A stretch of DNA of 63,770 nt, counting the filler, from Stramenopiles sp. TOSAG23-3 (taxonomy: Eukaryota): the NCBI GenBank assembly GCA_900128585.1. It is 5 parts of 5 records of this genome, joined end to end, with 100 filler letters (N's around TTAATTAATTAA, not from the genome) between each part and the next. Parts side by side here need not be neighbours in the genome. Positions count along the whole stretch, not along the records: positions 1 to 28,597 come from LT642245.1; 4 more parts are not named here. One strand, given 5' to 3'. A program made the translations under genes and the position numbers. The notes beneath the pieces are model-generated. The model saw only the letters and a list, made by a program, of their open reading frames with translations, ran no database searches and was not told where the DNA came from. Every line of letters begins with the position of its first letter. Position 1 is the first letter of the stretch. This document shows positions 1 to 10,164 of the stretch, piece by piece.

Positions 1-3000
1 AGAGCACGATCCGCTCGATGACCGCGTTCGCTCCCAAGTCAACTTCCCACCAGGCCTGGTCGTCACGACACGTATGAGTGCAGTACTTCTCGCCTTCGCC
101 TCGCGTGTCCCCATTGGACGCGACCTCTGGTTGGTGCCATTTCTTCACACCAACAGTGTAGGTACTGCTCTGCCTGACCTCCTTTCCAATCACTAAATTG
201 AGCGGTTTCTGGTACAAACATTCGACAAGGGTCGGGGTTTTCGTGGAGATGACCGATACTGGGTGGCCTGCACCTCCGTTCAAATTACCACCCCACGTGT
301 ACAACTCGCCCTCGTACGTGACCGCCCCGGAATGGGCAGTTCCAGCGGATATGTCCCGGCACGGGTTCAGGTAAAGCGAACCTTTCACTAATTCAAACTC
401 GTGAATTGGCAGACCCGACATCGCCCACGCAGACCCAGCTTGAAACACAGCTCCACCAGTGAGCTTTTTTTCTGCTTGAAAACCTTCCCCCACCATCACC
501 GTCTTGGACTCTGTCAACAAAAGGGTGTGGCTGGCCCCGCAGGAGGCTTTCACGACAGTGTGGGTGCGCATGCAATCCACCAGCACGGGAGACAGAACCT
601 GGTGACCGAGGTATTTTTTCCCCAGGCCGAGCCTCCCCCCATCGTTGGACCCAAAAACGTAAAGCTCACCGCCCATTCCGATTATTGCAGAGTGTGCAAA
701 CCCGGCAGAGACGGCCCTCACTTTCACTGGAATGGGCAGGAGCCAAGGCATTGGCACGTAGCAGGTGTACCCCTCTTTCTCCCACAGGGTCTCGCCGATC
801 CCCAGCTTTCCGCAAGAACAATCGCCCCAAACAAGGACTTCTCCCAAGACGGTGGCCGCAATGCTGTGGTTGAAACCTGCCGACACGGTTTTCAAGGGGT
901 GCCCCCGAATACTCTGAACACAGCTCGGGTGGTCTAAGTCTTCCCGATCGTTACCCCTGTACAAGCTTTCCCAGTACCCCGAGCGTCCTTTGTCCATTTC
1001 CCCCTGCAGGCTCCGGGTCGTGCTCTGGCCGGCAGAATTGACAGAGTTGCTCCTAGGAGACACACCGGGCATAGTTTTCGTCTCATTGACATTCGTCGAG
1101 TTGACCCCGTTCAAGGCCAATTTTGGAACTTGCACGATTGGTGGAGGCATTCTTCCCATTTTCTCGAGCGAAACTTTCTCGGGGACTTTGGACTCGTTAT
1201 CAATCAGTGCCAGGTGTTCCTGCTGCTCCACTTGTGTTCGCTGTTTACGAATCACCTGCAAGGCGGACTCTTTCTTCCCTCCCCCGTTCAAGAGCCTGTC
1301 CCTCTCGAACTCGCGCAGGGCCAGCTCTTTGTGGGAAGGCAGCACACCAGTTCGGGGCACGATTAATGACTGCGTGGCGTCGTACTCTGGGAGCGTCAAG
1401 AGGTGGTTCAGGTCCTCCTGGGTCTTGCAGTCGTATATGCGTTGCTGCAGTCGTTTCAACTCCGCCGGGTTTTTGCGTTTTTGCCCCGTCCATTCGTACT
1501 TCGGGGCAGACGCGTGGCCGAGACGTCCGTAAGTCCCGCTTCCCCATGTGTACAAATCCCCGTTTCCTAAAATCAGACACGAGTGCGCGTTCCCTGCGGA
1601 CACGGAGGCGCAAAAACCGGTGCCCCGAGGAGTCAGCTCTTCCGGGCCACGGGAAGTTATCCCACCGATGGGGACTTCTATGTTCCGACCCCTCGTGGTG
1701 TATATCGTCTCCACGTCTTCCCTTACCTGGGCCAGTTTCGTTTTCCACATGATATACTCACTTTCTTCCCTTTCAAGTTGTTGCTTCTTCGCTCGTTTCT
1801 GCTTGTCCTGCCTGTCGTTGTAGTGACGGTCTTGCACCGCGCGTATCGGTGCCCATGTCTTGAACCCCTCGATGCCAATTGCCAGCATCTTTTCCCGCTT
1901 CTTCGGAACCAGCTCAGGGGTGCTCAGCGTTTTCCACTCCTTTTCAAGTATTCTTAACCTCTGGGACATGCGCAGCCCCAGCTGTGGCCTTCCTTTGGCC
2001 AAGAACTTTCTCTCCAGTTCAAGCATCACACAAAACTTTTCACAAAGTTGATATTTGTTCAGATTTTTCATATCAAACCCCACACCCCGGATGCTAAACG
2101 CAAGCTCGACCTCTTCCATCCGAAGTCGAGGGAGCAAAACTTTTGAGTAAAACTCGAACCGCACCGTCTGACTTGGCGACGGCTCCCACACTTCAAAATA
2201 TTTGAGAGTCGTCTCCATCTCATGGCATTGCTTCTCTCTCAGGTCCGTGTACAGGTCTTCTTCTAGTTTTTCCAACTCGTCTTCGATGGTCTCGCTGTCC
2301 TCGCTTCGGAACGAGCGCATTCCCGAACCCGACCGACCGCTTCGTCTGGTAGACCTGCCGCTGTTTTCACCGGACCGATACGATTTTAAACCCTCTTTTG
2401 CAGGAACGCCTTCAATGTCTTCGACTGTGTCGAACACATATTTTTGCCGTCGCTTTCTTCGAGTGGTCTCGTACGCGTTTGTTCTGGAAATTTTTGTAAA
2501 CCCTTTCAATTGCTGCGAGCGCGGAGTCACTTTTCCCGGGACATCGCCCGTTGCATTCCATCGCAACGAGCTTCCCGTGCTCCCTGCAGCATTTCTATGG
2601 TTCCCTCCCTGCCCTGTTACAAAGTTCCCGGTACCGGGATCTAACAGCTCCCACTTGTGCTGCCCCCCCCACGAAAACACCTCTCCCGTATCGCTGATTG
2701 CGTAGGCAACCATGCCGCCCACGCTGATGTCTACGATACGGCGGCCCCATAGCCCCGCAGTCGACCAATTTGCCATGCACATTTTCAAAGCAGACACGTC
2801 GCTCGCCCCAGGCTTGAAGAAACTCGCCTTTCTTCGAATTTCTTCAGGAAGCAGGTCAAAATAATGGACTTCAGGTTCTTCTTCTATTTTTTTGAATCCC
2901 ATGTTCCGCACCCTTCGCCCCGGAGACCGGCTGTAAGATGTGGCAGTCTCGGATTCCGTCTCCCCGGAATCGGAAGATTCCTCGTCCTCCTCCGCCTCGC

Positions 3001-4240
3001 CGTCACTTTCTTTCGCGTAAGGATCCTCGGGGTCCTCTTCCAACTCCTGCTTCAATACGTTAGGTTGTCGGGCGAACCGGGGCACTTTGAGCAGCCCAGA
3101 CGTGCGGCGCATCCACAGATTGGTTACCCGACTAAGCTCGCGATCTTCGCATTTATAGCCACTGGGAATCAGCTTCTCTTGCTCTTTTCGTATTTCTAAC
3201 AGGACTTTGTCGCTGAGTCGTTGTCTATTGCCGGACTTCATGTCCCACAGCCGCTTTTCAAGCGGGACATCTTTATGAACGGGCTCGTCCGTGATCGTCC
3301 GTATGTACCGGCGGTTCTCGTTCAAGCCCTCGTATCGTCCTATGGGAGCAATGTACGAGTGTTGGTGCGCAACAGGGGCGCTCATGAACTGCCCAGACGC
3401 TCCTGTTCCAAACATGTACACCACTCCTGCCAGGTCCATTGCCGCCATCAGCTCGTCCTCGTATCGTTCATACGCCCGTCTGATCGCATTTCGTCGTCGT
3501 TTCAGGTCCAAATTCCAATTGTACCAATGATCAGCTTGTGCAAGGGCTTTCTCTTGGTCATCGTCCTCCTTTCGTACCGCGTCTTCCAACGTCTCCCGCA
3601 GCGTACTTTTGAATGCCCATTTTGGGACGGGAAAATTTCGCTTTCGAAGCTCTTCCTTCGGATCGACCAACAGCAGCCATATCGTGCGAAACTCTGGGTA
3701 ATCGATGGTTCCAGACGCGTCTAAGTCGTGCTTAATGAACAGTCGCTCCTGTTTCCCACCAGCAACCTTGATGTTTAAATACTCTAGTGCAACTGCGAAT
3801 TCATCTTCGTTCAAGGCACCACTGTAATCTTCGTCAAACATTTCGAACGCATCGTGAGGACCAACGAATTCTTTCGGAGTAAACCCGATCGAGTTCCCCC
3901 CCGAACCATCGGTAGCGTGCATTGCAAGTTGAAACTCGTCAAAGTCTATCGCACCAGAATAGTCTTGATCGCAGTGCCGGAAAAACGTTTTTGCTTTCGC
4001 TTCGCTCATTTTTATCCCAACCGCCGGCAGCATTTCTACAAATTCCTCGAACTCAAGCAGCCCACTTCCATCCTTATCAAACTGCTCAAAGATCTCTCTG
4101 GGCGGTCTCTGCTCCAAAAACTCCTTTACCCTCGACCGGGCATTTTGCTGCTGGCGGGCATCTTCTGCCCGTTTCAACGCTTCCTCATCGATGTCTGACC
4201 CAGAGTCTTCGCTGACAGTGTCTTCTGCCTTCGAAGCCAT
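1..4240 (-). CDS. EF-hand + RCC1-repeat + F5/8C/F-type-lectin-like domain protein, 3'-truncated by the contig edge (>1400 aa)
   Basis: Hand translation of segments from the ATG at 4240 (MASKAEDTVS...) gives EF-hands FDKDGSGLLEFEEF, CDQDYSGAIDFDEF and FDEDYSGALNEDEF, an RCC1 repeat VSAGFNHSIAATVLGEVLVWGDCSCGKLG, and CTHTCRDDQAWWEVDLG at the edge. The first and last segments are in the same frame. It is absent from the ORF track, consistent with no stop before base 1. Confidence 0.88.
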   Translation of the reverse strand, partial: MASKAEDTVSEDSGSDIDEEALKRAEDARQQQNARSRVKEFLEQRPPREIFEQFDKDGSGLLEFEEFVEMLPAVGIKMSEAKAKTFFRHCDQDYSGAIDFDEFQLAMHATDGSGGNSIGFTPKEFVGPHDAFEMFDEDYSGALNEDEFAVALEYLNIKVAGGKQERLFIKHDLDASGTIDYPEFRTIWLLLVDPKEELRKRNFPVPKWAFKSTLRETLEDAVRKEDDDQEKALAQADHWYNWNLDLKRRRNAIRRAYERYEDELMAAMDLAGVVYMFGTGASGQFMSAPVAHQHSYIAPIGRYEGLNENRRYIRTITDEPVHKDVPLEKRLWDMKSGNRQRLSDKVLLEIRKEQEKLIPSGYKCEDRELSRVTNLWMRRTSGLLKVPRFARQPNVLKQELEEDPEDPYAKESDGEAEEDEESSDSGETESETATSYSRSPGRRVRNMGFKKIEEEPEVHYFDLLPEEIRRKASFFKPGASDVSALKMCMANWSTAGLWGRRIVDISVGGMVAYAISDTGEVFSWGGQHKWELLDPGTGNFVTGQGGNHRNAAGSTGSSLRWNATGDVPGKVTPRSQQLKGFTKISRTNAYETTRRKRRQKYVFDTVEDIEGVPAKEGLKSYRSGENSGRSTRRSGRSGSGMRSFRSEDSETIEDELEKLEEDLYTDLREKQCHEMETTLKYFEVWEPSPSQTVRFEFYSKVLLPRLRMEEVELAFSIRGVGFDMKNLNKYQLCEKFCVMLELERKFLAKGRPQLGLRMSQRLRILEKEWKTLSTPELVPKKREKMLAIGIEGFKTWAPIRAVQDRHYNDRQDKQKRAKKQQLEREESEYIMWKTKLAQVREDVETIYTTRGRNIEVPIGGITSRGPEELTPRGTGFCASVSAGNAHSCLILGNGDLYTWGSGTYGRLGHASAPKYEWTGQKRKNPAELKRLQQRIYDCKTQEDLNHLLTLPEYDATQSLIVPRTGVLPSHKELALREFERDRLLNGGGKKESALQVIRKQRTQVEQQEHLALIDNESKVPEKVSLEKMGRMPPPIVQVPKLALNGVNSTNVNETKTMPGVSPRSNSVNSAGQSTTRSLQGEMDKGRSGYWESLYRGNDREDLDHPSCVQSIRGHPLKTVSAGFNHSIAATVLGEVLVWGDCSCGKLGIGETLWEKEGYTCYVPMPWLLPIPVKVRAVSAGFAHSAIIGMGGELYVFGSNDGGRLGLGKKYLGHQVLSPVLVDCMRTHTVVKASCGASHTLLLTESKTVMVGEGFQAEKKLTGGAVFQAGSAWAMSGLPIHEFELVKGSLYLNPCRDISAGTAHSGAVTYEGELYTWGGNLNGGAGHPVSVISTKTPTLVECLYQKPLNLVIGKEVRQSSTYTVGVKKWHQPEVASNGDTRGEGEKYCTHTCRDDQAWWEVDLGANAVIERIVL

Positions 4241-4907
4241 GATGAGCAGAAACTGTCCTTAACAACCGAGCGCTTGCTCCGATTTGGCCGCTTGCAGATA
4301 GATTTCTGATGATGAACCAAGGCGAGCGCTTACTTTCTTAGGCATCAGGTTGATTGAATTTTGTCCCAACGTAAATAAAACTTCCAACCAATAAACATCG
4401 TTATTATTTCGAGATGTGTTTTCATTTAGTCATGTATTGTTGCATTGAGTGATATTTTTATTTATATATTGTTTTGTGTCTTCTCCTTCCTTCATATATA
4501 TTATGTTTCATTTTATAACTAATTAAATTTCATATTTATAAATAATATATTATTCTATTATTTTTATGCTGTTGTTATTTTTAAATTACCACCGGACCTA
4601 TTTTACAATAATTTCGGTACGAGGATGTTGTAGTAGATAGTATGGTGAGTGAATATTATAGACAACGAATAATAAGATAAGAATAGCATTATAATATTTT
4701 AACGGTTAACGATCAAAAAAGAAATACAAAATTATAGTCATTATATAAAGCACACCACATCATCACATCATCATCAATGTTCATTTTTTTTTAGAAATGT
4801 AATATTAATCATCATTTCATAAAACAATTATCGTTATACATTCATTCAATTCATAACAAAACAAATTTTTTTGGCATTATCGACAATCGCGTTAAGCATT
4901 TTTTTAC

Positions 4908-5049
4908 CTCCTTTTTGAAGCAGCTCCTTTTTGAAGCAGCTCCTTTTTGAAGCAGCTCCTTTTTGAAGCAGCTCCTTTTTGAAGCATCCTTTTTGAAGCA
5001 GCTCCTTTTTGAAGCAGCTCCTTTTTGAAGCAGCTCCTTTTTGAAGCAG
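4908..5049. repeat. 16-bp minisatellite (CTCCTTTTTGAAGCAG) x9
   Basis: Read directly; there is one 2-nt deletion near 4986-4987. It ends about 60 bp upstream of the ATG at 5109. Confidence 0.97.
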
Positions 5050-5108
5050 CATTTGATTCTTCACGGTCTCTGGGGGGTTTCAACAACACTTTTGCATGCT
5101 TTTGTGGA

Positions 5109-6254
5109 ATGTCCAGCAAAAGCATTTCGGCAGTTGGCGAGCTGGCCGGTTTTGAATTTCGCACGGCCAACCTTTATCTGACGGAGCACTTCTACGAAGA
5201 GCTTGGCTTCATCAAAGAGTATGACGTAGACACAGACACCAACCCTGCAATTGGGTTTAGATCCGTTTACTTTCGTGATCAACGTTACGAAGGAGACGTT
5301 GTCGACAACGAGACAGTTTTTTTTGTGTTTACGTACGACAAATCGAAAGCTGAAATTCAATGTAATGGGAATGCGATACCAACCAGGGACACGTTTAAAG
5401 TTGTCGTTCACGTCCGAGACATGACCTCTGCGATACAGCACATTGAAAGGATGGAAGAGCATTGCGGGTGCTGGATCCAAGAAAATCCTCTTAGAGTGAC
5501 AGAAAACATACTCACTGCCGTGGCAGTTGATCCCAACGGCCTCCGGCTTCAGCTAGTCCAGCTATCGGGCACTGGCCTTTACGAGGACGAAGACGAAACA
5601 AAAAAAGGCGGGCGGGCACTTCCCGAGCGCATTTTTAATAGAAACTGGGAGGTAAAATTTGGAGACTTGCACATACAGCATAGCAGACCTGCTGCTTTAG
5701 CCACGCTGATAGAGCGGATTTTTTCAAGCCAGATCGACGATGCAAAAAGTGAAGGCGGGAGGAGCAGTAGTCAAGGCTCTGAAAATGGGAACAATGCCCC
5801 GCCTGTTCGGAACGGCCTTCGGATTACCGATCGCGAAGAATACCCAACGGCCATGGCGGAGCTTATTTGGGTAGGGTCTGTTAGCCGGCTCAAAGCACCC
5901 TGCTTATGCCTTTATTCTAGAGAACAACGCAGTACACAGTTTACGTCCCTTGCAGCGGTTGGGGACGGACTCGAAAGCACTACGGCCGTAAATGACCTGT
6001 TTCTCGGCACACTATTTTGTGTGCAAGACCTTGATATGGTCCAAAAGTTGAGCGATATTCACGCAAACAGCAATTCGATTCACGGGGATTTGGGGCGGTT
6101 CGATATTCAGCAAGAAAAGTATACGAAGCAATTGCAATTGAGTTATCTGCCCGTGGATGATATTGACACAAGATTCAAGGTCTTTACCAGGGAGCAGTTT
6201 GAATTTCCCCTTGAAAAACGGGACGAAGACTCCAAGGAAGTGAGGTTCGAATAG
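5109..6254 (+). CDS. Hypothetical protein with glyoxalase/VOC-like fold
   Basis: 381-aa ORF from the first ATG (MSSKSIS); FYEELGF and AVAVDPNGLRLQLVQ resemble VOC beta-alpha-beta-beta-beta motifs. Confidence 0.6.
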   Translation: MSSKSISAVGELAGFEFRTANLYLTEHFYEELGFIKEYDVDTDTNPAIGFRSVYFRDQRYEGDVVDNETVFFVFTYDKSKAEIQCNGNAIPTRDTFKVVVHVRDMTSAIQHIERMEEHCGCWIQENPLRVTENILTAVAVDPNGLRLQLVQLSGTGLYEDEDETKKGGRALPERIFNRNWEVKFGDLHIQHSRPAALATLIERIFSSQIDDAKSEGGRSSSQGSENGNNAPPVRNGLRITDREEYPTAMAELIWVGSVSRLKAPCLCLYSREQRSTQFTSLAAVGDGLESTTAVNDLFLGTLFCVQDLDMVQKLSDIHANSNSIHGDLGRFDIQQEKYTKQLQLSYLPVDDIDTRFKVFTREQFEFPLEKRDEDSKEVRFE

Positions 6255-6263
6255 ACAGGTTTT

Positions 6264-6303
6264 TTAAACACAAGAAAATTGGCTGTTATTTAAAATTAAA
6301 ATT
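6264..6303 (+). repeat. Conserved ~40-bp 3' element, copy 1
   Basis: Core CAAGAAAATTGGCTGTTATTTAA at 6271-6293, 17 bp after the stop of 5109-6254. Confidence 0.9.
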
Positions 6304-6862
6304 AATGTACTGCGAAATGATCCCTACTGGTTGTGATTTTTTCCCCCTCCAACAATCGTTTTGTTAAATTAAAATAAATGTACCCCTCTTACACATTAAA
6401 AACATAATTTAAAGACGCCTAAGAAAGAAAAACAAAATACCTAAATGACCCCGCCATTATTTTGTTTTTTTAACAAATATTTGCATATATATTGTTCTTT
6501 AATATCGAAAGGGACAACCTGCTCAGTCCGCTTCTCTTCTTCTACGTCCAAAACCAATGAACAATGTTTTCTTTTTTGCATACGTTGCAAAAACTCTTTC
6601 GGCTTTTGTGCTAGCTTGATTTGTGGGTTGTGGGGACAACATAAAACCTGAGTGCACTCGACATGAGTGTTAGCAATTTGTGAAGTATGATAGTACCAAG
6701 GTAGTACGTTGGTCTATTATTATAAATATTAATTAATAGGTAATAAATATTATAATAAACATGTAATACGCGTATTATTAGCGTTTATTAAAAAATAAAA
6801 AAGAGAAGAAGAATTCTAAAAAAAAAATAATAATTAAAAAAAAAATAATAATATCGATATGA

Positions 6863-6967
6863 ATGAATGATGATTGTGAGATTGATTAGTCGCGTTCTAT
6901 TTTTATTAAATTATTAAACAATTATTATACGGACAAGTACAATAAGATATAATGAAAGAATTTCATA
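6863..6967 (+). repeat. 105-bp direct repeat, left copy (partner 10496-10600)
   Basis: Manual alignment gives 103/105 identity with no indels. Confidence 0.97.
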
Positions 6968-6994
6968 GTTTTATAGAAACTTTCGCGTAGCTGT

Positions 6995-7252
6995 TCGAGT
7001 TCGTTGCAAGCCGCTGACAGTTCTTTGAGTCTTCTAGTATCCTTTGCATAAGCGCCCGTGAAGTTTACGCAAGTCGAGTTCGTTGCAAGCCGCTGACAGT
7101 TTTTAAGTCTTCTAGTAGCTTTCGCATAAGCGCCCGTGAAGTTTACGCAAGTCGAGTTCGTTGCAACCGAAGCCGCTGACAGTTCTTTAAGTTAGTAGCT
7201 TTCGCATAACCGCCCCGTGAAGTTTACGCAAGTCGAGTTCGTTGCAACCGAA
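6995..7252. repeat. ~79-bp tandem repeat, about 3.3 copies (units start 6995, 7074, 7152, 7233)
   Basis: Unit TCGAGTTCGTTGCAAGCCGCTGACAGTT...CCCGTGAAGTTTACGCAAG, with small indels between units. Confidence 0.95.
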
Positions 7253-7422
7253 CGCTTTACCGGGCTTTGTATCACATAACAGCTCTAAGACCAGCCGTTT
7301 ACAATTCTTTTGTAGAAGTCTCGTTACCCCAAAACGTTCCTTTCAGCCTGTGAGAAAGAATCCCAGCGCGGTCCAAGAGAGATCTACGTGTGATATAAGT
7401 ACGTCGAAAACGTTGAGCAAAC

Positions 7423-10164
7423 ATGAAAATTTCATCCGCACACAAAATATTCTTTTTTATTGTCGCGATATGGATAGGCACGGTAGGTGTTGTTGAAGCA
7501 CTAAATCCATGGCAGAAAATCGAGGCGAGCGGAACCGCCCCCAGTCAGCGTCTTCTTAGTACAGCAGTGCATCACAACAACAGTATGTTTGTTTTTGGCG
7601 GTAGTGAAGGTTCAGGGTATAAACAAGATGTATTCAAGTTAAACTTCTTGACAAAAGAGTGGATGGAAGTGTCAACAGTGGGTTCACCTCCTAGTGCTCG
7701 GTTTAAACATTCCACTATATTGTATGAGGATAAAATGGTAATATTTGGCGGGGAAGGCTCAGGAGGAAAGGTTGGTGATTTATTCTATTTTCATCTGAAG
7801 ACTAGCACTTGGGAGGAGGTAACAGCATCAGGTTCAGCGCCAACTGCTCGTGAGTATCATTCAGCTGTCCGGTACCATGACAGTATGTACATTTTTGGCG
7901 GTAATCCCGGCACAGGACTTAAGAATGATTTTTTTAAGTTTAGTTTCACAAATAATACATGGGAGGAAATAATAACAACACCGGTGGAAAAGCCAACGGA
8001 GCGTGAACAACACACAGCTCAAATGTTCGAAGATTTAATGGTGGTATTTGGAGGGGTAGATAGTAATGGCCTACTGAACGATGTCTGGATATTAAATTTA
8101 ACGACATATTCATGGGCAGAACGAACTCCAAGCGGTACCATGCCAAGTGAACGTAAAGCACACACATCCATCGTTTACAAGGATTTTATGGTAGTCTTTG
8201 GTGGTTTCACCGGATCCAATAGTTATTCAAATGAAGTGTTTACATTTAATTTGAATACCAATATGTTCACACAGATGTCTGCAAGTGACACATCGCCGTC
8301 TAAGCGTGGGTATCTTCCGTCCATACTTTACAATGACAAATTTGTTGTGTTTGGGGGCATGAACGCCGAAAGTACAGCAGTATATTACAATGATGTGTGG
8401 GAGAAAGATTTGTCTATTTTACCGTGCCCTATCTCCACCAGCGGTAGTGCCACCATCACCAGCGATTGCATCCTCTACTCTGAAATAGTCGTCACGGGCA
8501 AATTAAACGTCACAGGCGTCCCAGACGCCCAAGGAAACCTGCCAAAAATTATTGGCGGCGGGTCGAACCGACATTTTCAGATAAAGAATAAACAACATTC
8601 ATTAACATTGAAGTGGATAAATATGACTGGGGGCTTCACATCTGGAAACGGTGGTTCAATTTACATTGCCTCCAGTGACGACGGAGGAACGGGTGGGACA
8701 CTTATTATATCAAGTTGCGTGTTTTCTTTTAACAAAGCATCAGAAGGTGGCTGTATTTTCTCCAAGCATGGTAATATTACTATTAACCAAACAAAAATGA
8801 TTCATAATGAGGCGACAAGTGTTGGGGGTGCTGTGAGTTGTTATCATGGTATACATTATATCAACAATAGTACGTTTGTAGCAAATGTTGCTAAATATCA
8901 AGGCGGTGCCCTGTATTTCAATGGTGTGATTCAAGACCCTTGCACAACGTATGTGAATGATGTTATTTTCAATGATAACAAAGCTTCGCATTACGATTCT
9001 GGAACCGGTCATCATGGGGGGGGAGGGATACGGCTGGCATACGCTGTAAATTTAGTCCTTCAGAACTCTTATTTTGATAATAATGAAGCATTAAGTAACA
9101 ATGGTCACCAGATTTTAGTTTATAATCACAACACACATGGTTACACATTCGTGATTCTAATTAATACCAAGTTTGCAAATAAACACAGTGCCAACAACCT
9201 TGAGGGATTTAGCTCTGATACAGTGCAATCCTGCTCCACCGCCCCCACCCAATGTGAAGACAATGGCTACCCCAACGCAATTTGCACCACCCGCCAAAAT
9301 CCTGATGAAGGCGTGATATGCAGGCAAAACTGTTCTGCGGGTTACCAAAAAGCTGGAACATTCAACCACACGTGCACAGCATGCCTTAGTGGAACATATA
9401 ACCCTTTATGGAATCAGCACAAATGCCTATTGTGGTCCGAATGCACTAGCGGTCAATTCATATCCACCAACGGCACAACCAGCTTTGACCGCAAATGCAG
9501 CAGTTGCCCATCCAAGCAGTTCTCCACCTCCAACAATGCTTATGCCTGCGCTGGCTGGACAAATTGTGTAGTGAGTCAGTATGTATCTGCTAATGGAACC
9601 AATACCAACAACCGGGTATGTTCGCCTTGCGGTGCCGGAGCATATTCCGCGAGTGCCAACGAAGATTCATGTACACCGTGGACTAATTGCTCCGCCGGCC
9701 AGTACATCGCTACGAACGGCACAAGCATGGCGGACCGTGTTTGCAGCAGCTGCGGAGCCGGATCGTATTCCACCAGCGCCAACGCATTCTCCTGCACCGC
9801 TTGGACCAATTGCGTAGCAGGCCAGAAGATAGCCGCCAACGGAACAAGTAGCACCGACCGTAACTGCGAAGCATGCCCGACTTGGAAATTCTCTACTGCA
9901 TCCAATCAGAACACCTGCACAAATTGGACCGCATGCAACGCTACCGCCGAAATCGAGAGCAGTGCAGGTTCTGCGACAGCGGATAGAGTGTGCGCGGTCG
10001 CCGGAAGTCCCTCGCCAGCAGGAAATTCGCCATCGCCGGCAGTAAGCTCGCCATCTCCGGCAGCCAATGGTTTAACCATTACTAATGAATTGAGCACTGC
10101 CAATCGTTACAGGACAGACCTCTCTGTGTTGATGGTATGGTTGATAATGTGGTTTGGTTTGTAG
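7423..10164 (+). CDS. Secreted/GPI-anchored mosaic surface protein: Kelch beta-propeller, GGA-rich beta-helix (Pmp/pectin-lyase-like), Cys-rich TNFR/ephrin-receptor-like repeats, SPSP stalk
   Basis: N-terminal signal peptide; six Kelch repeats (FVFGG, VIFGG, YIFGG, VVFGG); NxA..GGA repeats; repeated CxxWTNCxxGQ...NGT...DRxC units; hydrophobic C-terminus without a cytoplasmic tail. Confidence 0.88.
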   Translation: MKISSAHKIFFFIVAIWIGTVGVVEALNPWQKIEASGTAPSQRLLSTAVHHNNSMFVFGGSEGSGYKQDVFKLNFLTKEWMEVSTVGSPPSARFKHSTILYEDKMVIFGGEGSGGKVGDLFYFHLKTSTWEEVTASGSAPTAREYHSAVRYHDSMYIFGGNPGTGLKNDFFKFSFTNNTWEEIITTPVEKPTEREQHTAQMFEDLMVVFGGVDSNGLLNDVWILNLTTYSWAERTPSGTMPSERKAHTSIVYKDFMVVFGGFTGSNSYSNEVFTFNLNTNMFTQMSASDTSPSKRGYLPSILYNDKFVVFGGMNAESTAVYYNDVWEKDLSILPCPISTSGSATITSDCILYSEIVVTGKLNVTGVPDAQGNLPKIIGGGSNRHFQIKNKQHSLTLKWINMTGGFTSGNGGSIYIASSDDGGTGGTLIISSCVFSFNKASEGGCIFSKHGNITINQTKMIHNEATSVGGAVSCYHGIHYINNSTFVANVAKYQGGALYFNGVIQDPCTTYVNDVIFNDNKASHYDSGTGHHGGGGIRLAYAVNLVLQNSYFDNNEALSNNGHQILVYNHNTHGYTFVILINTKFANKHSANNLEGFSSDTVQSCSTAPTQCEDNGYPNAICTTRQNPDEGVICRQNCSAGYQKAGTFNHTCTACLSGTYNPLWNQHKCLLWSECTSGQFISTNGTTSFDRKCSSCPSKQFSTSNNAYACAGWTNCVVSQYVSANGTNTNNRVCSPCGAGAYSASANEDSCTPWTNCSAGQYIATNGTSMADRVCSSCGAGSYSTSANAFSCTAWTNCVAGQKIAANGTSSTDRNCEACPTWKFSTASNQNTCTNWTACNATAEIESSAGSATADRVCAVAGSPSPAGNSPSPAVSSPSPAANGLTITNELSTANRYRTDLSVLMVWLIMWFGL

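Noticed and set aside
393-4215. Many plus-strand ORFs in the first 4.2 kb
   Set aside because: They are antisense shadows of the long minus-strand EF-hand/RCC1 gene.
4846-5170. ORFs with repeated KKELLQKGAASKRSCF
   Set aside because: They are translations of the 16-bp minisatellite.
6264-6303. Conserved 3' element as a piggyBac MITE (TTAA on both sides of the core)
   Set aside because: It lacks CCC/GGG termini, and conservation extends beyond the second TTAA, so this is not a simple TSD.
6995-7252. CRISPR array (34-nt identical block recurring with ~45-nt intervals)
   Set aside because: The intervening sequences are near-copies of each other rather than unique spacers; there are no cas genes and the context is eukaryotic.
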